Source: Patescibacteria group bacterium (GTDB taxonomy: Bacteria; Patescibacteriota; Patescibacteriia; 2-01-FULL-39-33). Taken from it: a stretch of DNA of 32,000 bases. The position numbers and the translations under genes were made by a program. Location: the NCBI GenBank assembly GCA_041662745.1, contig JBAZRV010000008.1, forward strand, positions 954-32,953, read 5' to 3'. Below, in pieces: positions 16,771 through 27,600 of the stretch (position 1 is the stretch's first letter; the number at the start of each line of letters is the position of its first letter). The notes below the pieces were generated by a model, which worked only from the letters and a program-made list of their open reading frames with translations, made no database searches and was not told the origin of the DNA.

Positions 16771-19746
16771 TTATTTAACGGGCAGGGTAAAATAGAAAGT
16801 TGTGCCCTTATTCTCTTTGGAATCAAACCAAATCCTGCCGCCATGCGCTTCAACTATGCCTCGGGCGATATACAGCCCCAAACCTGTGCCTTCCGGCGCC
16901 ACCCCCCTGATGTTATCCGCCCTGAAAAATCTCTCAAAAATACGATGTTGCTGATACTGCGGTATGCCATAACCCTGATCGGTAACGGCTATGGACCAAT
17001 AGTCCCCTTGGCGCTGGCAATCAAAAGTTATTTTAGCTTTATCGGGAGAATACTTAATGGCATTGCTAATCAAATTATTCAGCATTTGGACGATTTTATC
17101 AAAATCAAAAACACAAATAATTTTCCCGTTTAAACCGCAACCAAAAATCATGCTGATTTTCTTTTTATTGGCGGTTAACGTCTGATCTTCTATGGCGCGG
17201 CTAAGGGCTAAACGCAAATCGGCTGGTTTTTTGTTTAAGGTGAATTTTCTTCCCGTCTCAAGATGGGAAACGTCTAACAAATCATTAACCAACTTAATCA
17301 TTCGTTCATTGCTATGATAAATCTGCTCAACAAAATCACGTTGCTCCTGATTCAACTTGCCAATCTTCTCCTTTAACAGCAATTCGCCAAACCATTTAAT
17401 GCCGGTTAAAGGCGTCCGCAACTGATGTGAAGACATGGACACGAATTCTGATTTTAAACGATCAATTTCCTTGGCCTTGCTGATATCGCGCAAAATAGCC
17501 ATGTCGGCCGGTTGACCATTTAAAACAACAACTGAACTATTGGTTTCTACCGGTATGGCTTTGCCGTGCTTATCAATAACGGCGAATTCATAACGAGTAT
17601 CCACCCTCTCCCCCTGCATGCGACGCTTGTAATTGGAAGCGACCAGGCTCTTATATTGCGGAGCGATAAAATCAACCATGGGTTTGCCGATGACGTCTTG
17701 AGGAACCATGCCGGTAATCTTCTCTATGGCCGGATTGGCATATTTAACTATACCCCCCTGAATCAGTATAACGGCATCATTACTGCGTTCCACCAGGATA
17801 CTGTATCTTTCCTCCGATTGCTTGATTTCCCGTTCCCAGATCTTATGCTGAGTAATATCTTCAACAACTGTCAAAAAATATAGCGGCTTATCACTATTGT
17901 TTTTAATTAAAGTAGCGTTAACTCGGCCATAAACAATTTTTTTGTCTTTCCTGATATAACGTTTGTCCACGCTATAAACAGAAATCTTACCTTTAAGCAA
18001 CAATTTGACTTTTTCTATATCCCTTTTGACTTCATCGGGATGCGTAATATCGGCAAAGGTCAGCTTCTCAAGTTGGTCCTCGGAGTAACCCCAAAATTTA
18101 ACAGCAGCCGGATTAGCACTAATGAATTTATTATCCAAGCCGACCAAGACAATGGGTATCGGGCTGTTTTCATAAATCGCTCGCAGGCGATCTTCGCTGT
18201 TAACCAGCTTTGTTTCTGTTTGGTGACGCGCAGTAATATCGCGGATGTTGCACTGAACGACTTTGGTGCGGCCAATATTATAGACATTACTGACAAATTC
18301 CACGCTGATCGGCTTGCCGGACTTGGTTCTTAAAGGCAAATTATCATAATGGACATACTTCTTTTTCTTTAAAATTTCAAAAGATTTCTTGGAAGCCATT
18401 ATGTCCTTAAATAACCCGATTTCCCACAATTTCTTCTGTAAAAATTCGTCTCTTCCATAGCCCAGCATCTCAATTAAATACGGATTAACCTCTTCAATTT
18501 CTCCGGTCTCAACATTAAGAATCAAAATGCCGTCCTTGGCCGCTTCAAACAACCGACGATATTTCTGCTCTGACTTAACTAAACTTTTTTGGATTTTTGT
18601 ATCCTTAGTGACATCAGTGAAGCGCCAAACCCGGCCTACGATCTTACCGTCAATTTTTTGCGGTAAAGACAAACGATCAAAAACCCGGCCATCCTTAAAA
18701 TAAACAGTATCGGAACTTTTATTTGCCGGATGTTTATAAAGGTAGTTTACTTTGGTTAAAAATTCTTTGGCATCGGTAAGCTGGCTCACGACATAAGACA
18801 ACAGCTTCTTGTCATTCTTCGTCTTCGCTAATTTCTGGGGTATTTTCCATAACTCCAAAAATTTTTCATTATAAAATGACACTCTGCCCCGGCGATCAAT
18901 CACCAGGATGCCATCCGATGAAGTATTTGTGATTGAATCCAACAGGGAAACATAATTTTTTACGGTTATTTCATTTTTTTTAGTTTCGGTAATATCGCGG
19001 GAAAAACCCATGACATTGCTTATTCGGCCTGACTGATCCCTGACCGGCGTTAATTGCGTACTCAGCCAAACATCACCATGGGCAAAATGAGAAAGATCTT
19101 CCCGATAAGAGTGTTGACCGCTACGGAATACCTTATTAAGGTTAGCTTTTTGCCGTTTGGCCACGGCGGGCGGAAACAAATCCTTAACGCTTTTACCGAC
19201 AATGTGAATCGGCTGGGCATTAAACTGTTTGGCTCCGAATTCATTAACATAAGTTATCCGACCGCCCCTATCAACCAAGTAAATACTGTCATGAGCCATC
19301 TCAGCTAAGGTTTTATAAAGCACTTCGCTTTCTTTTTTTTCGGTAATATCGCGAAAAAAAGCGATTAAGCAATCGCGAGAATTAATCTTTATTCTGCCAA
19401 AGCCGGCAGAGACGAATTTAATTTTTCCCTTCTTGGTTATTATCTGCAAGTCCGCGCTTTTATCAAAACCCTTGCCTTTAGCCAATTGCGTAAAAACTTT
19501 TAGCGTTTTTTTAATGCTGTTTGCCGGATGCAAATGCCTGATGGACAACTTAAGCAATTCTTTTTTGGCATAACCGAATAAACGGCAGGCGGCCGGATTA
19601 GCATCAATGATCTTGGTTGACAAGTCAGCAATCACAATGGCATCAGCCGTGTTATTAAACAACATCCGATAATTATATTCGCCACCGGCCATCAGTTCGT
19701 CCGGGGTGGGGCAGGATTGTTTTTGATTAAAAATCAGCCAATTCAT
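16771..19746 (-). CDS. Cytoplasmic multi-PAS (about six PAS units) sensor histidine kinase
   Basis: Six repeats end in the characteristic DIT motifs: FRDITEKK, SRDITETK, FTDVTKD, IRDITARH, VEDITQHK and LRDISKAK. The H-box is EFVSMSSHQLRTPL. The ATPase motifs are DQGYGIP and GTGLGLYIAR. No TM helix is present. The track start at 19773 is TTG, and I prefer the ATG at 19746 (MNWLIF). Confidence 0.9.
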   Translation of the reverse strand: MNWLIFNQKQSCPTPDELMAGGEYNYRMLFNNTADAIVIADLSTKIIDANPAACRLFGYAKKELLKLSIRHLHPANSIKKTLKVFTQLAKGKGFDKSADLQIITKKGKIKFVSAGFGRIKINSRDCLIAFFRDITEKKESEVLYKTLAEMAHDSIYLVDRGGRITYVNEFGAKQFNAQPIHIVGKSVKDLFPPAVAKRQKANLNKVFRSGQHSYREDLSHFAHGDVWLSTQLTPVRDQSGRISNVMGFSRDITETKKNEITVKNYVSLLDSITNTSSDGILVIDRRGRVSFYNEKFLELWKIPQKLAKTKNDKKLLSYVVSQLTDAKEFLTKVNYLYKHPANKSSDTVYFKDGRVFDRLSLPQKIDGKIVGRVWRFTDVTKDTKIQKSLVKSEQKYRRLFEAAKDGILILNVETGEIEEVNPYLIEMLGYGRDEFLQKKLWEIGLFKDIMASKKSFEILKKKKYVHYDNLPLRTKSGKPISVEFVSNVYNIGRTKVVQCNIRDITARHQTETKLVNSEDRLRAIYENSPIPIVLVGLDNKFISANPAAVKFWGYSEDQLEKLTFADITHPDEVKRDIEKVKLLLKGKISVYSVDKRYIRKDKKIVYGRVNATLIKNNSDKPLYFLTVVEDITQHKIWEREIKQSEERYSILVERSNDAVILIQGGIVKYANPAIEKITGMVPQDVIGKPMVDFIAPQYKSLVASNYKRRMQGERVDTRYEFAVIDKHGKAIPVETNSSVVVLNGQPADMAILRDISKAKEIDRLKSEFVSMSSHQLRTPLTGIKWFGELLLKEKIGKLNQEQRDFVEQIYHSNERMIKLVNDLLDVSHLETGRKFTLNKKPADLRLALSRAIEDQTLTANKKKISMIFGCGLNGKIICVFDFDKIVQMLNNLISNAIKYSPDKAKITFDCQRQGDYWSIAVTDQGYGIPQYQQHRIFERFFRADNIRGVAPEGTGLGLYIARGIVEAHGGRIWFDSKENKGTTFYFTLPVK

Positions 19747-19769
19747 TATAATATCTAAATATTTATATT

Positions 19770-22700
19770 TCAAACATTAGCTGACTGCCTTTTTCTGACC
19801 CGATACAGCCAGAAAATGACAGCGACTAAGACAATTAAGGTTATAACTGTCGTCTGCCAGTTTAGATAACGATAAATCATTACCCAAAAGTTGCGCTTGA
19901 CCGTAAAGGTGCTGACCGGACTGGGACGGCTCTTGACCTGCGCCGTTGAATCCAGGGTAACGGCAAAAACAGTATGCTGGCCCGGGGCCAGTTCTGTTAT
20001 ATCTTGCGAGTGATCAATACGCCAATTGCCCTGACTGTCAGCGCGCGTACGATAAATCAAAGCCTGATCGCTATGAATATAAATGATAACATCCCGATTG
20101 GGCAAAGAGACGCCGGAGAAACTCAGAGTATCGCCCGTAACCACGGTCTGCACGTTGGTAACTTGCGGTACCGGGATGCCGGCCAATTCTACGGCTTGAG
20201 CGTTCAACTCCACCAACTCTGCCGTTGGAGTCGGTCCAGTGGGGATGGCGGCAGCGGTTATTGCCGGCACAGCCGGCGTCGGCAGAACCACGACCTTATT
20301 AACAGCCACACTGGCTGAATCGCTGGTGTTGCCGGCCTGATCGCGACTGACAGCGCCAATAATATGTTGGCCGTCAACCAGCGCCGAGGCGCTGGGCAAT
20401 CGGAAACTCCAAGCGCCGGACGAATCGGCGGTTACGGTAAAGCTGCTGCGGTTGTCTAAAGTGATAATCACCTCAACGAGCGGTTCAGCTACGCCGGTGA
20501 TTATTGGTGTCGCTTCAATTATGGCTGAATTATTAGCCGGATTTAAAATTATCGGAACCGCCGGCGCCACACTGGTAATTATCAGAACAACCGGATCAGA
20601 AACCTGGCTGATATTCCCCGTTCCGTCAGTCGCCCTGACCGTTAAGGAATGGTTGCCCGGTAAAAAATTAAAAACCTGATTGAATCGGCCGCCATTGTCG
20701 GTAGCATTGCTTAATTGAGCGAACAAAACTCCGTTGTCAAACAAGTCAATACGCGATCCCGGTTCAGCCAAACCGCCGATAATAGTTATTGTGTTGTTGG
20801 TCGGCGAGTCCAGCGGATTCAAAAGCGGCTTAACCGGCGCAGTCGTATCCGGCACCAAAATGGCACCACCGCCGACCACTGGCGGGATGACGGGCGGAAC
20901 AACCGGAGGAGTTACCGGAGCAAAGACGTTAAGCTGGGTAACCGTCGCTTCATTGCCGTAATCGTCTATGGCCCAAATCTTAACATAATAATTGTCAGTG
21001 ATATTCAAACCGGTGATGACCGTGGAGATGGCTAAGGGATTGGACAAGTTAGCATCGTTAACCACGCTCCATTTGCTGGCCGCGCCCGTGCGATTTATGA
21101 CATCGCTTTCCGTTGCGTCATGCCATAACTCGTAGTGATTGAAATTAGCATCGGTTGTCGCTTGCCAATTCACGGTAACAGTCGTGGCGGTTTCCGAAAA
21201 CTTGCTCAAAGAAGAAAGCCCCAAAGGCGCTCCCGTATCAACGGAAAAGTTAGCTGATTCATAATACGCGCTGGCATTGCCAAAACTGTCAGTGCCGCTA
21301 AAACGCACTCGCATATTGGAATTTTCTTGATTGATGAAATCCGCGCCGGCGTTCCAAATAATTGCTTTATTATTGCCCGCCGTTACCGTCCCCAAATCAC
21401 CGGTCGCAGCAACCTTAGTAACCGTCCAAGTCAAACCGCCGTCAGAAGAAATATCCCAAGCAACATCAGCAGTCTCGCCCAAATCATAGCTTATCGCAAC
21501 ATTGTCCGTGCCAATGGTTTGGCCGGCTGAGATGCCGGAGATAATCGGGGCCTTAGTATCCAAAGCAAAATTGCCGGAAGAGTCATAAGCGCCTTGATTG
21601 CCGAAATAATCTTTAGCGCGGACGCGAACTCTCACCGTCGACAGATCTTGACCGGTAAAATCCGTACCGGCGGCCCAAGTGAAGGTCTTAGTCCCGATAG
21701 TCTGGCCGGGACCGATTTGGCCGCTTCTGGTTGTCGTGGGCACCGTCCAAGTAATGCCGCCATCATCGGAAATGCTGAATTCAATCAGATTGCCGGCCGG
21801 CGTAATATCCGTTAAGTTATAATTTATAACCACATCGGTCGTGCCGGCCGATTGGCTGGCAGTAACGTCACTGACTGCCGGGCCTTTAGTGTCAATGGTA
21901 AAATTATCAGAAATAACGATTGAACCGACGTTGCCATAACGATCCGTGCCTTGGAGTTTTATTTTAACGGCAGAATTTTCTTGATTAGGCAGGTCAACTT
22001 GCGGATTCCAACTGATACTCTTGCCGGCGCCGGCCGTAACGTTACTGCCGATATCGCCAGTTGCCGTAGTAAGAGCGACGGTATAAGTTAAACCGCCGTC
22101 AGCGGAAATTAATAAGCTAACGGTGTTGCTGGCACCGGAATTATCAGATAAATCATAAGTGATTGCGGCCAAGCCCGTACCCGGAGCCTGCGTTAAATCA
22201 ATATTGGAAACAACCGGTCCCAGGGTATCCGCATAAAAAGCCGAGGAAGCCGCCAAATTACTGTCAGCCAAAGCATCCGAGGACTTCAAGCGCGCATAGA
22301 CCGTGGAATTCTCCTGATTGGGCAAATCAATCGCTATGTCCCAGGCAAAAACGTAAGCCGTACCGGCGGAAGCGAAAATTAGACTGGAAGTGCCGTTTGA
22401 ACCCACCCCTAATTTTTCGGTCATAGCCTGCCAGTTGACATTATCAATAGAATACTCAAAAACAGTTAAGTCATTAGTGTCATTTTGCGCGTCCGCGCCC
22501 GTATAATTGATTAATACGTAACCGCCGCTGGCCTGCTGAGCTGCGCTTGAGATATTAATTGAGGGGGCGGTATTAGCAATACCGGCCACTGTGGAAAAAT
22601 CGGATTCGGAAGAGACTGAATGCGCGGCATCACTCGGATTGCGGGATTTGATTTTAAAGCTATAGTTAGCCACCGGCGAACTCAAGCCATTAATGGTTAC

Positions 22701-24617
22701 TTGACCGCTGTTACCGCTGGTTTGGCCCCATTGGCCGATGCCGGTGCCCAGTGTCTGCCAAACCGCACTGGCGCCTAAGGTACCATTGCTTTGCACGTAT
22801 TGATCGGTGAAAACTTCATAAATGGCGTACGGCACATCACTGGCCTCGCCAAAAGCCGGATTGATCGTTACATCTACCGCAGTGTTCTGCGGATTATTAA
22901 CTGTGGGCGCTGAGGGCGTATATGGCTTGACATATTTATAACTCGCCGTAGGAGAGGTGTTCTCATTTATCCTGGCGTGGCCGTAATTATCGGTTTCTAT
23001 AATTTTAACCTTGGCAATATAGTCATGGCCGGTGAGCGTACCGCCAGCCGGTACGGCTTGGTTAGCCGGAGTCGCAGTATTACTTTCTCCCGTGGTGGTG
23101 GCCGAATAGGCGTTGCCGCTAAAAGCGACAAAAAACTCATTGGTAATCGGATTAGCCTCGGTAAACGACCCGCTGACAATCGCATCAGTGTCGCCGGCTT
23201 GCGGCTGAGCCGCCAAATCGGCAGTCGCCAAGATCGCCGGAGCCAGGGTGTCCACGCTAAAGACGCCGGCTAAAACGGCATACGCGCTGCTATTGCCATA
23301 GGTATTGGTGCCGCGAATGCGGACTTTCATATTGCTGTTTTGCTGGCTATTGAAATCCACTCCCGGATTCCAAGAAACCGTCTTACCAAGTCCCGGTGCG
23401 ACCCCATAACCGACAGCGCCAGTTAAGGTGGTGGTAACCACACTCCAAGTGACGCCGCCGTCATCGGAAATATCGACACTAATAACCACATTATCGCTAT
23501 CAAATAAATTGTAAGTTATAGTGACATTATCGGAACCGACAACCTGCGCCGCCGTTAGGCCATTAATCACTGGGGCTTGAGTGTTAACGGCAAACAGGTT
23601 GGAAGTGACATTGCCGGTCGCATTGGCGTAAGCGTCAACGGCTCGCAAGCGAACCTGCATATTATTAACCTGCTGATTGGGAAAATTCGCTCCAGCATCC
23701 CAAGTGATGATCTTACCGTTGCCGGTTGTTATGCCCGAGCCAATGGCGCCGCTAACGCTTGAAGAAGCGACATCCCAGGTACTGCCTCCGTCCGAGGATA
23801 TATCCATAGCCACAACAGAACTGTTAGCATCGCTAAAATCGTAACTTATGGACACTAAACTGCTACTGACGACCTGAGCCGCGGCAACATTGGCAAAAAC
23901 CGGGGCCTTGGTATCAACGGAAAAATCAGCAGATGAAACAAGCGTTCCGATATTGCCAAAATTATCCCTGGCTCCCGCTCGCACTCTGACCGTACCCGAT
24001 TCTTGGCCGGAGTAATCAACACCGGGATTCCAGTTGATAGCCTTGCCGCTGCCCGGCACGACATTATCTCGAACATCGCCGGAAGCCGTGGAAGTCGCGA
24101 CAGTCCAAGTTGATCCGCTGTCCGAAGAAACATCAAATTCCACATAAGAATCGGATAAATCGGTCAAATTATAACTTACGGATACATTATTTGAATCGGC
24201 ATCTTGGCTGGCGGTGACCGAGGCCGTTACGGGGTTTTTGGTGTCAATAATAAACGCCGCGGAAGCCGTTATGCCGCCACTGCTGGTGCCGTCGTTAGCC
24301 TGCAATCTGACAAAAACCGTCTCATCTTCGGTGTTAGGCAAATCCGCGCCCGCGTCCCACATAAAATCATGCGCGGTTCCGGAAGAAACAAAAGTTAAAT
24401 CGGTTTTTCCGTCCGAACCCACCCCCGTTTTCTCGGTCATAGCATGCCAAACGGCATTGTCAGTGGAATATTGATAAATGACCAGGGTAGTGGTTTCGCT
24501 TTCCAAATCCGAACCGGTATAATTGATAATCGCATACTTGGTGCCGTCGGCAGTCTGAGCAACCGAATCAATGGCAATGGTCGGCGACTGGTTGACTGAA
24601 GAGGCGCTGCTGGACAA
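19770..24617 (-). CDS. Giant surface protein, C-terminal portion
   Basis: 1615 codons. The contents are Asp-box beta-sandwich repeats, FN3-like modules, a Pro-rich linker, three Ig-like domains and a C-terminal TM anchor. The nominal start is an internal TTG with no signal peptide. The frame is open upstream to 24752 and continues the repeat pattern of the upstream ORF. Landmarks include six Asp-box modules (SSDGGSTW type), an FN3 (TVTVNWQ...YYVKIWAIDDYGNEA), PVTPPVVPPVIPPVV, three Ig-like units (G.H...A.D.AGN type) and the TM helix VITLIVLVAVIFWLY followed by RVRKRQ. Confidence 0.85.
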   Translation of the reverse strand: MSSSASSVNQSPTIAIDSVAQTADGTKYAIINYTGSDLESETTTLVIYQYSTDNAVWHAMTEKTGVGSDGKTDLTFVSSGTAHDFMWDAGADLPNTEDETVFVRLQANDGTSSGGITASAAFIIDTKNPVTASVTASQDADSNNVSVSYNLTDLSDSYVEFDVSSDSGSTWTVATSTASGDVRDNVVPGSGKAINWNPGVDYSGQESGTVRVRAGARDNFGNIGTLVSSADFSVDTKAPVFANVAAAQVVSSSLVSISYDFSDANSSVVAMDISSDGGSTWDVASSSVSGAIGSGITTGNGKIITWDAGANFPNQQVNNMQVRLRAVDAYANATGNVTSNLFAVNTQAPVINGLTAAQVVGSDNVTITYNLFDSDNVVISVDISDDGGVTWSVVTTTLTGAVGYGVAPGLGKTVSWNPGVDFNSQQNSNMKVRIRGTNTYGNSSAYAVLAGVFSVDTLAPAILATADLAAQPQAGDTDAIVSGSFTEANPITNEFFVAFSGNAYSATTTGESNTATPANQAVPAGGTLTGHDYIAKVKIIETDNYGHARINENTSPTASYKYVKPYTPSAPTVNNPQNTAVDVTINPAFGEASDVPYAIYEVFTDQYVQSNGTLGASAVWQTLGTGIGQWGQTSGNSGQVTINGLSSPVANYSFKIKSRNPSDAAHSVSSESDFSTVAGIANTAPSINISSAAQQASGGYVLINYTGADAQNDTNDLTVFEYSIDNVNWQAMTEKLGVGSNGTSSLIFASAGTAYVFAWDIAIDLPNQENSTVYARLKSSDALADSNLAASSAFYADTLGPVVSNIDLTQAPGTGLAAITYDLSDNSGASNTVSLLISADGGLTYTVALTTATGDIGSNVTAGAGKSISWNPQVDLPNQENSAVKIKLQGTDRYGNVGSIVISDNFTIDTKGPAVSDVTASQSAGTTDVVINYNLTDITPAGNLIEFSISDDGGITWTVPTTTRSGQIGPGQTIGTKTFTWAAGTDFTGQDLSTVRVRVRAKDYFGNQGAYDSSGNFALDTKAPIISGISAGQTIGTDNVAISYDLGETADVAWDISSDGGLTWTVTKVAATGDLGTVTAGNNKAIIWNAGADFINQENSNMRVRFSGTDSFGNASAYYESANFSVDTGAPLGLSSLSKFSETATTVTVNWQATTDANFNHYELWHDATESDVINRTGAASKWSVVNDANLSNPLAISTVITGLNITDNYYVKIWAIDDYGNEATVTQLNVFAPVTPPVVPPVIPPVVGGGAILVPDTTAPVKPLLNPLDSPTNNTITIIGGLAEPGSRIDLFDNGVLFAQLSNATDNGGRFNQVFNFLPGNHSLTVRATDGTGNISQVSDPVVLIITSVAPAVPIILNPANNSAIIEATPIITGVAEPLVEVIITLDNRSSFTVTADSSGAWSFRLPSASALVDGQHIIGAVSRDQAGNTSDSASVAVNKVVVLPTPAVPAITAAAIPTGPTPTAELVELNAQAVELAGIPVPQVTNVQTVVTGDTLSFSGVSLPNRDVIIYIHSDQALIYRTRADSQGNWRIDHSQDITELAPGQHTVFAVTLDSTAQVKSRPSPVSTFTVKRNFWVMIYRYLNWQTTVITLIVLVAVIFWLYRVRKRQSANV

Positions 24618-27600
24618 AGCGCTATCACTGGAAGCGGCATGGGCTCCATCACTGCTATTGCGCGATTTAACCTGGAATTGATAATGGTAGGAATCGAGGA
24701 TTAAACCGCTGATATTAACTTTGCCGGCTACGCCTGAATAAAATCCCCACTGAAAAAAAGCCGGTACCGCTCACCTGCCAAACAGGACTGGCGCCTAAAG
24801 TTCCGTCGCTCTGCACATATTTATTCTGGGAACCTTCATAAATCGCGTATTCCAAACCATCGGTTTCTGCCGGATTTTTATTGATTAAAACATCCACCGT
24901 GCCAACGCCGGGATTGTTAACGGTCGGCGCCGACGGCGTGTACGGCTTAACATACTTATAGGCTGAATTAGGCGAGCCATTCTCATTGGTTATAGTCTGG
25001 CCGTAATCATCCGTATGAGTGATTTTGACTTGGGAAATATAATCATTACCGTCCAAAGTGACGCCGACAACCGTAGCCTGATCGGCCGGCGAAGCGGTAT
25101 TGACGCTTCCGGCAGTGGCGGAACCGTAAGAACCGCCGTCAATCGCTACATAAAAATCATTGGTATTGGGGTTGGCCTCGGTAAAAGAACCGCCGATCAA
25201 TGTTGTTGTTGCTCCGGCCAAAGGCTGGGCTGACAAATTAGCTATGACGCTAACGGCCGGCGGCAGAGTATCAAGAGAAAAATCGGCTGAAGGCACATTG
25301 GCCGATTGATTGGCAAAAATATCCAAAGCCCTGACCCGCGCTTGCATCGTACTTAAATTTTGATCGGGAAAATCAACGGCCGCATTCCAGGTGACGGTTT
25401 TGCCCGTTCCCGGGGTTATGTTGGCGCCGATCTCACCACTTAGGGTTGAGGTGGCCACTAACCAAGTTGACCCGCTATTGTTAGAAATATCCAATATTAC
25501 CAAAGAATTGTTCTGATCGGCTAAATCATAAGTAATTGTTACGCTTGTTCCGCCCAAAGGTTGCGTGGCTGAAACATTGGTTAGGCGCGGGGACTTAGTG
25601 TCCAAAGAAAAATCAGAAGAGGCTAAAGCGCTATTATTGCTAAAACTGTCGGTCGCGGTCAAACGGAATTGCATGTTAGTCTTTTCCTGATCATTATAAT
25701 CGGCGCCAGCGTCCCAAGTGATGGTTTTGCCGGATCCGGGTATGACTGCTACGCCCAAATCGCCAGTTGCCGAAGAGGTGGCCACAGTCCAAGTTGATCC
25801 CCCGTCGGCGGAAACAGCCAATAATAGATTAGCATTGCCGGCGTCTTCGGAAACATCATAATGAAAAGTAAAAGTATTGGCATTGCCGTCTTGGCCGGCG
25901 GAAAGATTAGACAATACCGGCGCATGCGTATCAACGGTAAAGATTGCGGAACCGCTATAAGATCCCTGATTGCCAAAGCTGTCCCGAGCTCTAACCCGCA
26001 CCAGGACATTGGTATTATATTGATTGTCATAATCAGCTCCGGCATTCCAAGCAACGCTTTTGCCAACGCCCGGCGTTACCCCTGAACCGACGGCGCCGGT
26101 TAAGCTTGAGGTGGCGACAGTCCAGGTTGACCCGCCATCGCCGGAAATATCTATCTGAATCAAAGAGCTGTTAGCGTCGGTTAAATTATAAGTTATGGCC
26201 ACGGTTCTGGCGCCGGCGTTTTGGCTGGCGGTTACATCCGAGACAACCGGAGCCTTGTTATCCAAAGAAAAATTCGCCGAAGCGACTAAACTGCCGTCAG
26301 TCAAGGTGTCGTTTCCTCTTAAACGAATCTTGGCTGTGGTTGTTTCCAAGCTCGGTAAATCCGCGCCCGAATCCCAAACAAAACTATAAGCGCTGCCGGT
26401 CGGCAAAAATATCAGATTAGCCGTGCCATTACTGCCTGCGCCGGACTTCTCTGTCATGGCCTGCCAACTGGAGCCGTCAACGGAATACTCGTAAGCGGAT
26501 AAATAAGTAACATCGCCCTGGCCATCCGTACCCGTATAAGCAATGGGGCTGTACTGCGAGCCGTCTGTTGTTTGGGCATAACTGTCTAAAACAATGCCGG
26601 GGGCGGTATTGGTGATTTGCGCCGTAGCGGAAAAAGCCGAGTCCGAAGACGCCGCATGGCCGGCATCACTGGGGTTGCGCGACTTAACCTTAAAAATATA
26701 ATTAGCCACCGGCGAAGATAAGCCGGTTATTCTGACCGTACCGGCCGAACCGGTATTATTGCCCCATTGGCCGGAACCGGTGCCGATAATCTGCCAAACC
26801 GGGCTGACGCCTAAAGTGCCGTCGCTCTGCACATATTTGGAAGTCGTGGTTTCAAATAGAGCGTATTGCACATCACCGGCTTCGCCGGCGTGCGAATTAA
26901 TTGTCAAATCCAAACGCGTGGTAACGGGATTGCTCAAGGTCGGGGCTGACGGCGTATAAGGCTTAACATACTTATAAATGGAATTCGGAGTTAAATTTTC
27001 ATTAACTCCCAGGTTGAAGTAATCATCGGTATGAACAATCTTAACCTGAGAAATATAATCATTGCCGTCCAAAGTGGCGCCGACAGCCGTGGCAAGATTA
27101 GACGGAGTAGCCGTATCACTGTCGCCGGCCGTAGATGAGCTGTAACCGCCTCCGTCAATCGCCACATAAAAATGATTGGCATCGGGATTAACCTCGGTAA
27201 ACGATCCGCCGATTAAAACCGCAGTGTCGCCGGCGTTGGGTTGAGCTTGCAAATCAGCCGCGGTTAATGTCGCTGCCGGCAAAGTATCCAAAGAAAAATT
27301 AGCCGAGGCGGAATAAACGCCCTGGTTCTGCCACTTGTCCTTGGCCCGGATGCGCACTCGCATATTGCTTTTCTGTTGGTTGGGATAATCCGCGCCGGCA
27401 GTCCAATAAATTGTCTTGCCATTGCCGGCCGTTACTCCCGCGCCGACAGCGCCGCTAACGCCGGTTGCCGGTACCGTCCAAGTATCTCCGTCATCGCCCG
27501 ATATTTGCATCTCTACCAAAATATTATCGGCGGTATCATCAAATAAATCATAAGTGACGGCCACTGTCGTTGTGCCCAAGGGTTGAGTGGCTAAAACATT

